The notes: generated from the letters alone by a model not told the origin. DNA of 64,000 bases from Hydrolagus colliei (GCA_035084275.1 CM068761.1:1178001-1242000), one strand, 5' to 3'; counted from the stretch's first letter, positions 54,268-64,000 are shown. Numbers and translations: made by a program.

Positions 54268-54954
54268 GTACAGGCACTGGGAACGTCAGCTCTATAATGT
54301 CCTCCTCTCATTGCTCCATCATCTACTAGATTAGACCCCGCACGGGTGGAAGGCTCACGGCCTGGTTTCTCTTGTTTATCTTAATCTTGTCCTTAGCAAA
54401 AGGGATTGGGTGGGGGGGGGGGGGGGGGGGGGGGCGCTGTGGATTAGCTTCATGCTCCCCCCCACTCCTACTGTCAAACACTAGGACTCTGCCCTGCATG
54501 AGAGGCTCGTTAGAAACGCAAGTTGTTGCCGTGGACGCCCGATTTTGCCGAGGCACGAGGTTTTGGCAGCCGAGACAGCGAGCAGCACATTCACAGGAAC
54601 GTTCTGTCCTGGATCAGAAGTGATGGGAAAGGTATTATTGTGATAACTAACAGCTCTCTGCAGTCAGAGCGAGGGGAACAAAATCCACTGTCTCTGAACC
54701 GGTCTTTCAAAGGCCAGTCTTTTCAAGAGCCTGGCAGACTTCAGACACTCCCAAACAGGATGTCTGGCTCACAACTGGACAGATGACAAGTCGGCTCGGG
54801 GCATCGAGTGAAGCACATTGTAGTGGATTCTTCTGCCTCCCGACTGAAGACACTGCGAAGGATCAATCTCTCTCGGACTCGAAGACTGCGAGAGCTCAGG
54901 AACTGACCCTTTTTTTTTTTATTGACGTTCTGAAATTTACTCCGTAAACCATAT

Positions 54955-55112
54955 TGAATATACCACGGCTGTTTGTGGGGACGCCACCGTGCGCAATTGG
55001 CTGCCGCGTTTTCGCCCCAAAATACAAGTCAATCCACTTCACAGTGTATCCCGTGAAGCGCCTTGAGACGCCCCAGCGATGTGATAAGGCAGTGAATCAC
55101 ATACAAGGATTT
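54955..55112 (+). mobile_element. SINE, 5'-truncated
   Basis: ctgtttgtggggacgccaccgtgcgcaattggctgccgcgttttcgcccc...atacaaggatt. Confidence 0.85.
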
Positions 55113-55320
55113 ATTTTTAGTCACACACGTCAGCCATAAAAGTGGACAAAGCCTTTTGTGGTTCAAGACCGGGATTGATTAATCACTGATGAAGGGAGTA
55201 CGTTTCCAGTCAGACGTCATAAACGCTGAATTGCGTTCACTCAGAGCTATTCTAGCCCTCGCTCTCGCAGTGTGCGTCCAGGAAGAGGTGTGTTAACTGT
55301 CGCCTGTGTTTGTCCTGAAG

Positions 55321-55513
55321 GTAATTACGCCATGCGTGACCTGGTCAGTAACCTGACGGGGGGCCAGCAGAGACCCGCCAAGAACCTGGAGGAGGATACC
55401 ATCGTCGCCATCCTCAACACTATCCACGAGATAGTGACAGACAGTTCCTCCAACGCCAGGTCCCTCGTTCAAGCGCAGGGCATTGAGAAACTGGTCGCCA
55501 TCAACAAATCCAG
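55321..55513 (+). CDS. ARVCF: ARVCF coding exon, ARM repeats
   Basis: cctgaag|GT ... CCAG|gtcagt. Encodes NYAMRDLVSNLTGGQQRPAKNLEEDTIVAILNTIHEIVTDSSSNARSLVQAQGIEKLVAINKS. Confidence 0.95.
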
Positions 55514-56084
55514 GTCAGTTGAGGAGTGAGATGTTTGTACCGTGTCACTGCCGCAGTGTAGAGATTTGGGACGTCCTCCCGACGTGAAATGGCGCTCTAC
55601 AAATGCCGTTTAGTATTTTGTTGTTGTTGTTGTTGGAGGGCCGAGAGGACCGGATCTAGACTTGCGATGCTGCACGTTTGCTCCCGACGTTAGTTACTGG
55701 TTTCCGCCATCAGCAAAACACAAACGCTGAAACTCCAGCCGTTTCCCCACACCGCTCCGCGTCCAGTTTTTGATTTAGGGAATACACTGTGTGTCACTCT
55801 CTCTCTCTCTCTCTCTCTCTCATTCTCTCATTCTCTTCCCCCTTTTATTAGTCAAGTGTTTATTGTTAATAAAGAATATTGTTCAGTAAAATACCTTACA
55901 TCGTGGATACATCGAGTCAATCAATAGCAATCCTCGATGTCTGTCCCCTGAGCAACAATCCTCTTAATCATCTGAGAGCTTCATCCAGTGTTTCTATAAA
56001 CACTGCGATACAAGATGCCTCTTCAATCTGATATCCTGACCTGCAGCTTCTCTATAGTCGTTTTAGTTTACTGACAGGGTGTCA

Positions 56085-56212
56085 ACCATTAATTGCTGTG
56101 TTTTGCCCACAATATATACAGTCGATTCACTTTACAGTATATTCTGTGAAGCGCTTTGAGACACGGTCTAGAAGACGTGATAAGGCGCTGTATCCAATGC
56201 CAGGATTACTAT
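56085..56212 (+). mobile_element. SINE 3' fragment
   Basis: ttttgcccacaatatatacagtcgattcactttacagtatattctgtgaagcgctttgag...aatgccaggattact. Confidence 0.85.
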
Positions 56213-56588
56213 AATATTTATTCCCCCCCTCCCCCCGAGTGCTTGATTTGACCTTTTCCTTGTGTAGGATTTAATGTTCCTTTTATATTGTGGATCAAAG
56301 CAAGAATGCGAATTCTTCTATATTTTGGCGAGCCTTTGGCAGGAAACCATATTGTCTTAAATAGGAATTGGAGCAATACTTAGAGTGGATAAGTGGTGGG
56401 GGGGTGGGGGTGGGAGAAGACTGTCACAGAGCCAGCTGTGAAATGAGCAGTGGTCAGACGCCCAAGATTCAATCCTGTACACACTAGTCTAGTGTCTGTA
56501 ACTTTTAGGGATTTGTGTTTCCTCTCATCGTTTTGGGGTTCGGAATTTTTTAACAAAAAATATACGTGTCTTTAATTCCGCTGTGTAG

Positions 56589-56700
56589 CCAGTCGGTGAG
56601 GGAGATGAAGGCAGCCTCCCATGTCCTACAGACCGTGTGGAGTTACAAGGAGCTGAAAAGCACTTTACACAAGGACGGATGGAACAAGTCCCACTTCCAG
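56589..56700 (+). CDS. ARVCF: ARVCF coding exon, last ARM repeat
   Basis: gtgtag|C ... CAG|gtacag. Encodes SQSVREMKAASHVLQTVWSYKELKSTLHKDGWNKSHFQ (translated by hand; not in the ORF track). Confidence 0.94.
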
Positions 56701-56769
56701 GTACAGTGAACGGTCGACAACAGTTCATCTGGTCTCTCAGTGAAGGCGCCGGTCGATGGCTCGGGTTTT

Positions 56770-56834
56770 GGCAGGCTGTGACGGGCAGGCTGTGACGGCA
56801 GGCTGTGACGGCAGGCTGTGACGGCAGGCTGTGA
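56770..56834. repeat. Minisatellite, 13-bp unit ggcaggctgtgac x5
   Basis: Five tandem copies visible, with one extra G after the first copy. Confidence 0.95.
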
Positions 56835-56968
56835 GGATCGCGGAGGAAATGATAGGAGAGATGAGAGAGACGGCTTGCTTGCAGGAACAGGTTTTCCTTT
56901 CCGCCCACGTTCTGTGGCGTCGCTACAACAGCTACTGATACCGCTTGTGTACAAATTCCTTATGTAAT

Positions 56969-57150
56969 GGAGTCCTGTAGCATAGTGGATAGGACTCTGC
57001 GATCCTCTCACAAGAGAGAGGACACAAGTTTGATTCCGGGTAGGGCGAAACCTTGGTTGGTTGCATGAGTAAGTTTGCGCCCAAAATAGTTTGCCTCAAA
57101 CACGATCCAGTATGGTTCGTTGGAAGACACTTCAGACCTTGAGACGTCTG
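56969..57150 (+). mobile_element. SINE head with internally deleted body
   Basis: ggagtcctgtagcatagtggatagg...gtttgattccgggtagggcgaaaccttgg. Confidence 0.75.
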
Positions 57151-57219
57151 CGTGTGTGTTTTTGTCTGTGATGAATTACTCAGCGCCAAGCTTCTTACAG
57201 TCTTTTTTCTCACGGGCAG

Positions 57220-57321
57220 CCTAATGCCACCGCACTTCCCAAGGAGCTAAAGCTACTGGAGGCAGGACATCAGGCTACGATGACAGCACTCTTCCATTGA
57301 TCGAGAGGAATCAGAAGGAAG
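57220..57321 (+). CDS. ARVCF: ARVCF coding exon, C-terminal tail; apparent 1-nt deletion near 57241-57245
   Basis: gggcag|CCT ... GAAG|gtgagt. The 5' part reads PNATALPK. The 3' part reads GAKATGGRTSGYDDSTLPLIERNQKE in a frame shifted by one base; DDSTLPL is a family motif. Confidence 0.85.
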
Positions 57322-57830
57322 GTGAGTTTCACTGTTTCACTGGCGACGGATCCTTATTCATCCACGTGTCAAGGTTATCAACTGATAACACAAACCCACC
57401 CTCCCCTTATTGAAGATACTGCCAATAGTTTAGTGCTATAATCACATAAAGGTGGACCTCAGTGAAAACGCAGCGTTTTCAATCCAACGTCAAAAATTGT
57501 CCACCGTGGGAAGAATTGGTGGTCACACAACCAGAGGACCTTCCACTGTCTGACACCTTGTCTCCCCTTCACTGTTTAGCCTCAGCCTCTTCCAGCCAAT
57601 TGGCCCGAAGGTGCCATCCACAGCCCTGCCTGCCGCCAACAGCTGGCGTGTGGCTGTCGATGTGACTCTCCTCCCAATCTCTTCCCCCTCCACTCCCCGA
57701 GAGACACCTCAGCCTCCGGGCCAGTGCCTTACCCAGTGAAGCCACATGAATACAACCGAGCGCCCCACCGTGGCCAAGCCTTCCACTGGACTCCAGCGTT
57801 GACTGAAATTTCGAACCTTCAGTTGTGATG

Positions 57831-57874
57831 TGGCTGGCTGGGCTGGCTAGTTGGGCTGGCTGGCTGGCTGGCTG
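57831..57874. repeat. (GGCT)n tetranucleotide repeat upstream of an exon acceptor
   Basis: ggctggctgggctggctagttgggctggctggctggctggctggc. Confidence 0.85.
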
Positions 57875-57934
57875 GCAGTGGGCAGACTTGGCTGTGTTGC
57901 CTCCTAGAAACCTCATGATCAGTTCTATTTTTAG

Positions 57935-57981
57935 GTCAGAAACGATCTGTGAAATGATACCCATGGATGAGCTTGGTCCAG
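57935..57981 (+). CDS. ARVCF: ARVCF coding exon, C-terminal tail (EMIPMDELGP); frame problem at the first acceptor
   Basis: ttttag|GT ... CCAG|gtaaac. GQKRS followed by EMIPMDELGP needs one extra base. Alternatively, the acceptor cag ending at 57939 gives in-frame ETICEMIPMDELGP. Confidence 0.8.
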
Positions 57982-59142
57982 GTAAACCCTCCTCTTGCTC
58001 ATAATCAGAGTCAGCTATAAGGCCTCAATTCAGTGCCTTTTTTTCTTTCCTTTCGCCGTTTTCCACTTTCCCTCCCTCCCCCTCTCTCTCTCCCTCTCTC
58101 TCTCTCTCTCACTCCTGATGGTGTGGGTTCTGTGCTTACGCTCCAGTCCCACAGGCCTGCTTCAGTTTCCCAAAGTTATTTTATTTTCCTTGCGTTGGGT
58201 GAACCTGGACTATAAACATCAGCAGCTTCCTGCTGGGGTCAAGGCTCAAGCCTTGGGTCTTTCTCCTGACGTGAAAGGCACTATATACACAGCTGTCACT
58301 TGTTGTTGTTGTCTTCCCTCCCTCCTCTTCCGAGACCTATTATCACCCTGGAATCAAGCTGATCAGATCGGGGTTCTAACCTTCCATTCTCTAGTCTATT
58401 TGGTGGAATGCTAAACCATGTGTCCACACCCTCGCTCACTCACTCAGCCAGTTGCCAGTGTAAAATACCATTGCCTTAACACTTACACATTTTTGGGGTG
58501 TGGGAGGGGGGGTGTTGGGGGGAGGGTGTTCAGCTGTGTGCCTTGACACCTGCAGAAACCCATTACTGTGACTTAAGAGTCTTTAAACCCACCTCAACCC
58601 CAACCCACCCCCACACACACATTAATGACTATCTTATGATAAATGATTTGAGTCAATTATAATATGATGACCTGCCCCCCCCTCTCTCTCTCTCTCTCTG
58701 TCTCTGTGTGTGTGTGTGTGCTGTGCTGTGTTCTGGAGGGGTAGAGGTTTGTGTCTGTCTGTGGTGTCTTGTTTAATGTTTGCGGTGGTGGTGGTGGAGG
58801 TGACACTGATGTGTAGTGACTGAGGCTCTGCTGACCTGCAGCCTCTAGTGGTGCAAGTCGAGTACTGCAGCCGTACGCTCCTCTGTTGATTTGTGTAAAG
58901 ACATCTATCGATCTCTCTGACCTACTTTACTTAGGCTTTTAGCATCTCGAGATGTGCTGGGAGCTGCGTACTGTGGTTAACTAGTCTCCTCTGCTCAGTG
59001 CGTTGGGTTCACTAGCCTTTGGTGAGCTCTCTCTTGACTTTTATTTTTTTTAAAATTTTAATTCAAACAAAAAGAGCTTTATTTAAGATTTTTTTTTCCC
59101 CAGCAAACGTATCGCTCTGTTGTGCACGAGCTGAAGGTGGCA

Positions 59143-59177
<35 letters not shown>

Positions 59178-59251
59178 GCACTCGTGGGGAGGCGGTGTGT
59201 TTGCTTTGCGGTGCCGCGCCTTCCTAACCACGCGCGTCTTTGTCACCACAG

Positions 59252-59342
59252 ATGGCTACTCACTCTGGATCAGAGGGAAAAGGAGCGCAAGTACCAAGCC
59301 GCAGAGAGCCCTGGGGACGAGGCCGAGGGAGAGCCTTTGCGG
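59252..59342 (+). CDS. ARVCF: ARVCF coding exon, C-terminal tail; apparent 1-nt deletion near 59261
   Basis: caccacag|AT ... CGG|gtaggc. DGYS is in one frame and TLDQREKERKYQAAESPGDEAEGEPLR in another; tactcactc would need to be tactcCactc. Confidence 0.85.
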
Positions 59343-59602
59343 GTAGGCCGTGTTCTGCGCGCGTGTCGCCGCTTTGCGCGCAGAGTCTCGCGGCGCAGAA
59401 GAGAAGACACTGTTCAGCCCGTCCTCTCGTGCCTGACGAGAGGACGGGCTGCCAGCTAGTCCTATTACTAAGCCCCTATCACGCTGCACGTCTTTCCTGT
59501 ATAAGATAGAGATTCCCTTGTGAGATTCCCTTGTGAAAGCCACCATTGAATGGCAGAGAAAGTCACCGGTTCAGGCATTCACAGGCCCGGGTTTCTATGG
59601 TG

Positions 59603-59636
<34 letters not shown>

Positions 59637-60147
59637 CAACAGGATTCCATGAACACAGGGCAGATTCCCGTTGCCAGTAGCTGTGGGAGAGAATGGCATG
59701 ATGCCGACTGTTGGGTGATAATCTTTTAATGAAGTGCTTTATCTGCTTCCTCGCTCTGTTACAAAACAACCTTTACAAAATTGCTCTCTCTACGTTTTGA
59801 TTTGTCAGCTCTGTGCATGAACGTTTGTTGCTGACCCCGATCACAAGGGGGGGGTGATTAAGGCGGGCGGGGTGAATTTTGCATGAACTGTCTCTGAGGT
59901 CGGGAATGAATTGTTCCCAAATTAAATGTTAAGGCCACAAAAAAAAGGAATAAACGTACTTGGCCACAATTCGCCTGCTCCAGCGTGTTGCGAAACTAAC
60001 CTTTTTGTGGCAGAGTTTCTGTGGTCAGCTAAACTTTTTACTTTTAACGACTTGATCTCGTTCCAACTATTCAACCCGAGCCACAGTCACCCAGAGCTTC
60101 AGCTCTGAGGCTCAGGGTCGTATCTGCTGTTCTGATGTTAAAGTAGC

Positions 60148-60390
60148 AGTCCTGGAGTGCAGTTGTTAGTAATTTGGGGCAAGTTTCCTGAATCCACACA
60201 TCTCTGTTTACATGGTAATAAGTAGGAACCCAGTTGTTAGTCGATTGTCGGACTGTTTTGCTCGGGGGGAAATAATCCCTTTTTAAAAAAGTACTAATAA
60301 TCTGTTTGTAGAGCATTGCTGTATGCAGTTGGCTGCCACATTTCGCCCACAAAGTCCATTCACTTGTCGGTATGTTCTGTGATTATTATG
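60148..60390 (+). mobile_element. SINE, degraded long variant
   Basis: ggggcaagtttcctgaatccacac...aataagtaggaacccagttgttagtcgattg...gctgtatgcagttggctgccacatttcgcccacaa. Confidence 0.75.
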
Positions 60391-60995
60391 AAGAATACCC
60401 TGAAAACAGGTTTGCAGTTAACTCAATCTTTAACTGCTATTTGATTCTAAATTAAGGACGGAAATTAAGAATTCTTCCACAAGTTTTACATTTTAAAGGC
60501 ACTTGACTTTAATGGGCCTCATACAGATATTCAAGTCAAAGTTTTCAGCTGATTCAATCCCAAGTCTGCAGTGACCACATTGAAATGCGAGGGACAGCCC
60601 TTCTCTCTCTCTCCGCAATGTAAAGGAACATCTCTGATGTTGTCCTTACTTTGTCTTCATGCCAGCACTAAATTAGGCCTCTTCAATACTCTTCAATCTA
60701 CTTGTCTGACTGGAGACCAGACGAGCAAAATCACTGCACTGTATGTTGGCCTGTGTCCAGGTTTGGGAGCAGCTGTCAGTGCAGTGAGACGCTGATTAAA
60801 TTATCTTCAAGCCCCCGCTCTAAACATCTCAGATTGGATCCCAAATTAGTTTGATTTCCGACAAAACAAAAAATGCATCGCAAACACCTATATTTTTTAA
60901 GACTAATTTATTCCTTTGTGGCCTTATTCTCAGAGCCGTCGATTATCCCAATGCTGCTTGTGCCTTTTTTTTATCTGTAACTGTTTTAAAGCCAG

Positions 60996-61028
<33 letters not shown>

Positions 61029-61057
61029 GCTATTAACCCTCTTCCCTGTTGCTGCAG

Positions 61058-61159
61058 AATGACACAAATAAGAGAAACACTAACAGGAATATTAGGGCCT
61101 CAGTCAATCTTGTGGATGCTCATGACATTAAACCTCAGCCCGTTGATTCCTGGGTCTAA
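61058..61159 (+). CDS. ARVCF: ARVCF stop-containing exon with C-terminal PDZ-binding motif DSWV
   Basis: gctgcag|AAT. Encodes NDTNKRNTNRNIRASVNLVDAHDIKPQPVDSWV*, with TAA at 61157-61159. A probable donor ATG|gtaggt follows 61169. Confidence 0.93.
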   Translation, partial: NDTNKRNTNRNIRASVNLVDAHDIKPQPVDSWV

Positions 61160-61455
61160 ATGCATGATGGTAGGTCTCTTTGGCTTGTGATTGTCTAATT
61201 ATTAATCTTATCGCACGGTGATCGATCCACACACAGAGATTACAACTGAAGAATGTGTTGCTCTTTACTTCAAATCTCCCCCCCCCCCCCCCCCACGCAC
61301 CTATAACTCCCCCCCCCCACGCACCTATATCCTTGCTGTGTAAAGCTGAATAAATCACCTTACTGCAAGCCCTTTGCAGATATTATTTTACATTACAAGT
61401 CTTTGTGCTTTTAAAAAAAAGTATATATATATATACATGCTCACAAACTAAGCTG

Positions 61456-61667
61456 ATCATCAATCAATCAATCAATCAATTAATCAATCAATCAATCAAA
61501 ACTTACATGTATATAGCGCCTTTCACATCGAGAGGACGTCCCAAGGCGCTGTACAGTCAGGGTGGGAGGGGTTGGGGAGGACGGAGAAGAGTAGGAAAAT
61601 TGACTGTATATTTGTGGGTGAAACGCGGCAGCCAAATTGCGCACAGCAGCGTCCCCACAAACAGTCA
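61456..61667 (-). mobile_element. SINE core joined to an L2-type tail ending in (TTGA)n
   Basis: SINE core at 61598..61667, L2 tail gcgccttgggacgtcctctcgatgtgaaaggcgctata at about 61510..61550 (minus strand), and (ATCA)n at 61456..61498. Confidence 0.75.
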
Positions 61668-63545
61668 CAAAATGGGGCCAGGGAAAGGGAAGGCAGGGGA
61701 GAAGGGGAAAAGAGGCAAGTGGGGAGAGGGAGGGAAAGGTGTAGAGCAAGTTCAGGGAGGAGAGGGGGGGGAGAAAGGTAGGGGGCAAAGGAAGAGAGGG
61801 AGGGAAAGGTGGGTGGGGGGCAAAAATCAGGGAGAAAGGGGGGCAAAGGGAAGAGGGAGAGAAGGGGTCTGATCGTCCCGTCAGATCAGATCAGATAGAC
61901 TGAACTCCCGCTCCCGTGTTCCGATAATAACATGACTGATGATTGTGCGACTCTCGGCTTGCTCCGTTTCTTGCTCAGTGTGTCTTGTGCTGGGTGTCGC
62001 TTGCTCTCACGCCCCCCCCCCCCCACCCCCTTTGGGGGTTCACTCTGACCTCTTAATGCCGACAAAAGAAATGTTTTTGAAGTGTGCAGCGAATGAGCTT
62101 TAGTTAATGGTCGGGATTAATGAGCATTTGGGTCTAATCTGTGCGAAAGTGGAGTAATTCCTTTTTCGAGTGGAAGTACGTTTACGAAGCGTGTTATGCG
62201 CTTAGACAGGATTAGAATTCCCGCCGGGAATGTGGAGGTGTATTAAACACAGACAGATGGCCAGTGCTTTTTTTTACACACACACACACACCACCAAATC
62301 TCTCTCTCTCCATTGCTCGCCGGTGCGTCGTCTGCATCTTACATCGCAGAAAGCTCCAGGTTTGATGTGTGCTGACTTGGCCTAACTCTGGGCTTGGCAC
62401 TTTGGCATTGATTGTAAATCCTGGCGTGTGAGCACAGCACCTATCGGTGGTGAGATTATTGTGTTGAGGAAGGCTATGGTGGTGATTCTCACTGGCTAGG
62501 GTTTAGCCCTTTCGATGCCCTGACCTCACAAACAAAGATCCTGATGAAAATGTGAAGAATCCACTAGCCCGATTGGGGGCGAAGAGAGTTCCAGATTTCC
62601 CCTGCGCTCTGCGCTCTGCGCGGGGAAACGTTTCCTTATTTCACCCCGAAGTTAATGGAAACACGTCACATTCAGTATTTGCTTTTCTAAACCGGGCTTT
62701 TTAAGTTTAAAGTTTTTTTTTTCAATTTTGCATCTCCCCCTTCAAATGCTAATCCGCTGACAAACTCTATGATAAACGTAGTTTAATTTTCCACTCGGCT
62801 GTAAAATAGCCATTTCCTTACTTCACTGATTGTGCGATTCCCCTACCTGACATTTTTTGTCACTTTGAGAACTCGTTTTTTCCCATTGTACCAGTGGATC
62901 TGAAGTCACTCAAGTGTCTTGGTGGATCACCTGGAATAGATTAAATTGGGGATAAAGGGGGATAACTGTCGATGGTTTGACAAAAGTCATCTTGAAAAGT
63001 TTGGGTTGGATGTTGTCACTCTGCTGAGACGAGGGAATATCACCAACTCAATTCCCAGAAGACGACAGCTAACATTGACAGTGGGGTGTTGGGAGTTGCT
63101 CTTTCCTGTGTGTTATTCCCTGCCCCCCCCCCCCCCACCCCCCACCCTGACAAAGGCTCCCGTCCTCCATTCGTGACTTGCTATCCCCTACCTCGCCCTG
63201 TACAGACAGGCAGAGAGAGAGAGTCCTTGAGGGACAAGCCCAGTCTCGAATTGGAAATGGCAGAAAGGGCATAAAAGTCCCCCCCCCCTCCACCCCCCAC
63301 CCCCGACGTCTAAAGTATTTGTATACTCGCAAGACAATGAAAATGAAACAAACAATCTCAAACACAATTGTTATTTTGTGTGTGAGGTGCTGGTGGAGGA
63401 GGGCGGGTGTGGGGGGGGTGTGGGGGAGGGGGGGGGTGTGGGTGGGGGCGGGTGTGTGGGGGGGGGGGTGCGGGGGTGGTGGGGGTGGAGCTCAGAGGTC
63501 GCCAGGGGCCACGGACGCCTGGTAACTTGGTGTGTTTGGTTTCAG

Positions 63546-63900
63546 GCATGAAGTACAGTGAGAACTGAACACTACACAGAGGATCTCATCATTCACAATG
63601 GCCATTAAATTTGGAGGACTTCATTTCGCAGGGGGGTGGGGGTGGGGTGGGGTGGGGGGGCGGGTGGTGGGGAGAAAAAATCACAAACTCTTTTTATCCA
63701 AATCGGAAGAAGAAATGATCTGTGTTGTCAATCATGATGAAAATACCATTGCCTTTTTGGGGGGGGAGTTTATATATTATATTAAATAAATAAAAAGTCT
63801 CAACTACATTCCCTGTGAACAACAACAAACCCCCTTTAACCTTCTCTCTCTTCCCCCCCCTCTCCCCCCCCCAATAAAGCTGTGTCTGGTTGGCTCAGGT
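63546..63900 (+). other. ARVCF: Probable terminal exon (3' UTR or alternative C-terminus) of ARVCF with polyadenylation signals
   Basis: Acceptor gtttggtttcag|GCATGA. AATAAA at 63785, 63789 and 63873, the last followed by a GT-rich tract. The end coordinate is approximate. Confidence 0.5.
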
Positions 63901-64000
63901 TTTTGATTTGAAATGTTTGTGGAGATGATGGTATGAAGTGAGAATGTTGTGAGGGGAATCGAAGGTGCCAACAGGATATATATCTCTTCTGTTTTGATTT

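Noticed and set aside
56481-56495. Short palindrome acactag-t-ctagtgt
   Set aside because: 7-bp arms are expected by chance in 64 kb.
57191-57224. Alternative acceptor cttcttacag|57201 to rescue the frame of the GYDDSTLPL exon
   Set aside because: It is in frame with GYDD but hits TAA at 57222-57224. No other AG upstream of GYDD gives phase 0.
57955-57957. In-frame TGA as selenocysteine or readthrough
   Set aside because: The conserved EMIPMDELGP is in a different frame, so readthrough would not restore it.
13061-61159. Calling ARVCF a pseudogene because of the frameshifts
   Set aside because: There are 800 intact codons, conserved splice sites and conserved peptides beyond the shifts. The pattern fits sequencing deletions better.

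Overview
Vertebrate genomic DNA; the SINE/LINE content suggests a cartilaginous fish, possibly a chimaera (inference). The window is almost entirely one + strand gene, ARVCF (p120-catenin subfamily of armadillo-repeat proteins). I traced 16 coding exons from 13061 to the stop at 61159. They encode about 914 aa ending in the PDZ-binding motif DSWV, once three single-base gaps are corrected. The first coding exon(s) appear to lie upstream of the window, and a probable terminal exon starts at 63546. Notable gene features: a GC-AG intron (24298..28037); an 18-nt microexon (39944..39961) preceded by a tail-to-tail inverted SINE pair; and three apparent -1 frameshifts in consecutive 3' exons (57.2-59.3 kb), most likely assembly errors. 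Introns hold about 25 copies or fragments of one tRNA-derived SINE with an L2-type 3' stem-loop tail, plus L2 and CR1 LINE remnants, micro- and minisatellites. There is also a cluster of perfect fold-back palindromes, including a complex 51-bp inverted repeat with internal flip/flop hairpins at 31516..31706. I found no prokaryotic-type system, CRISPR array or second protein-coding gene.
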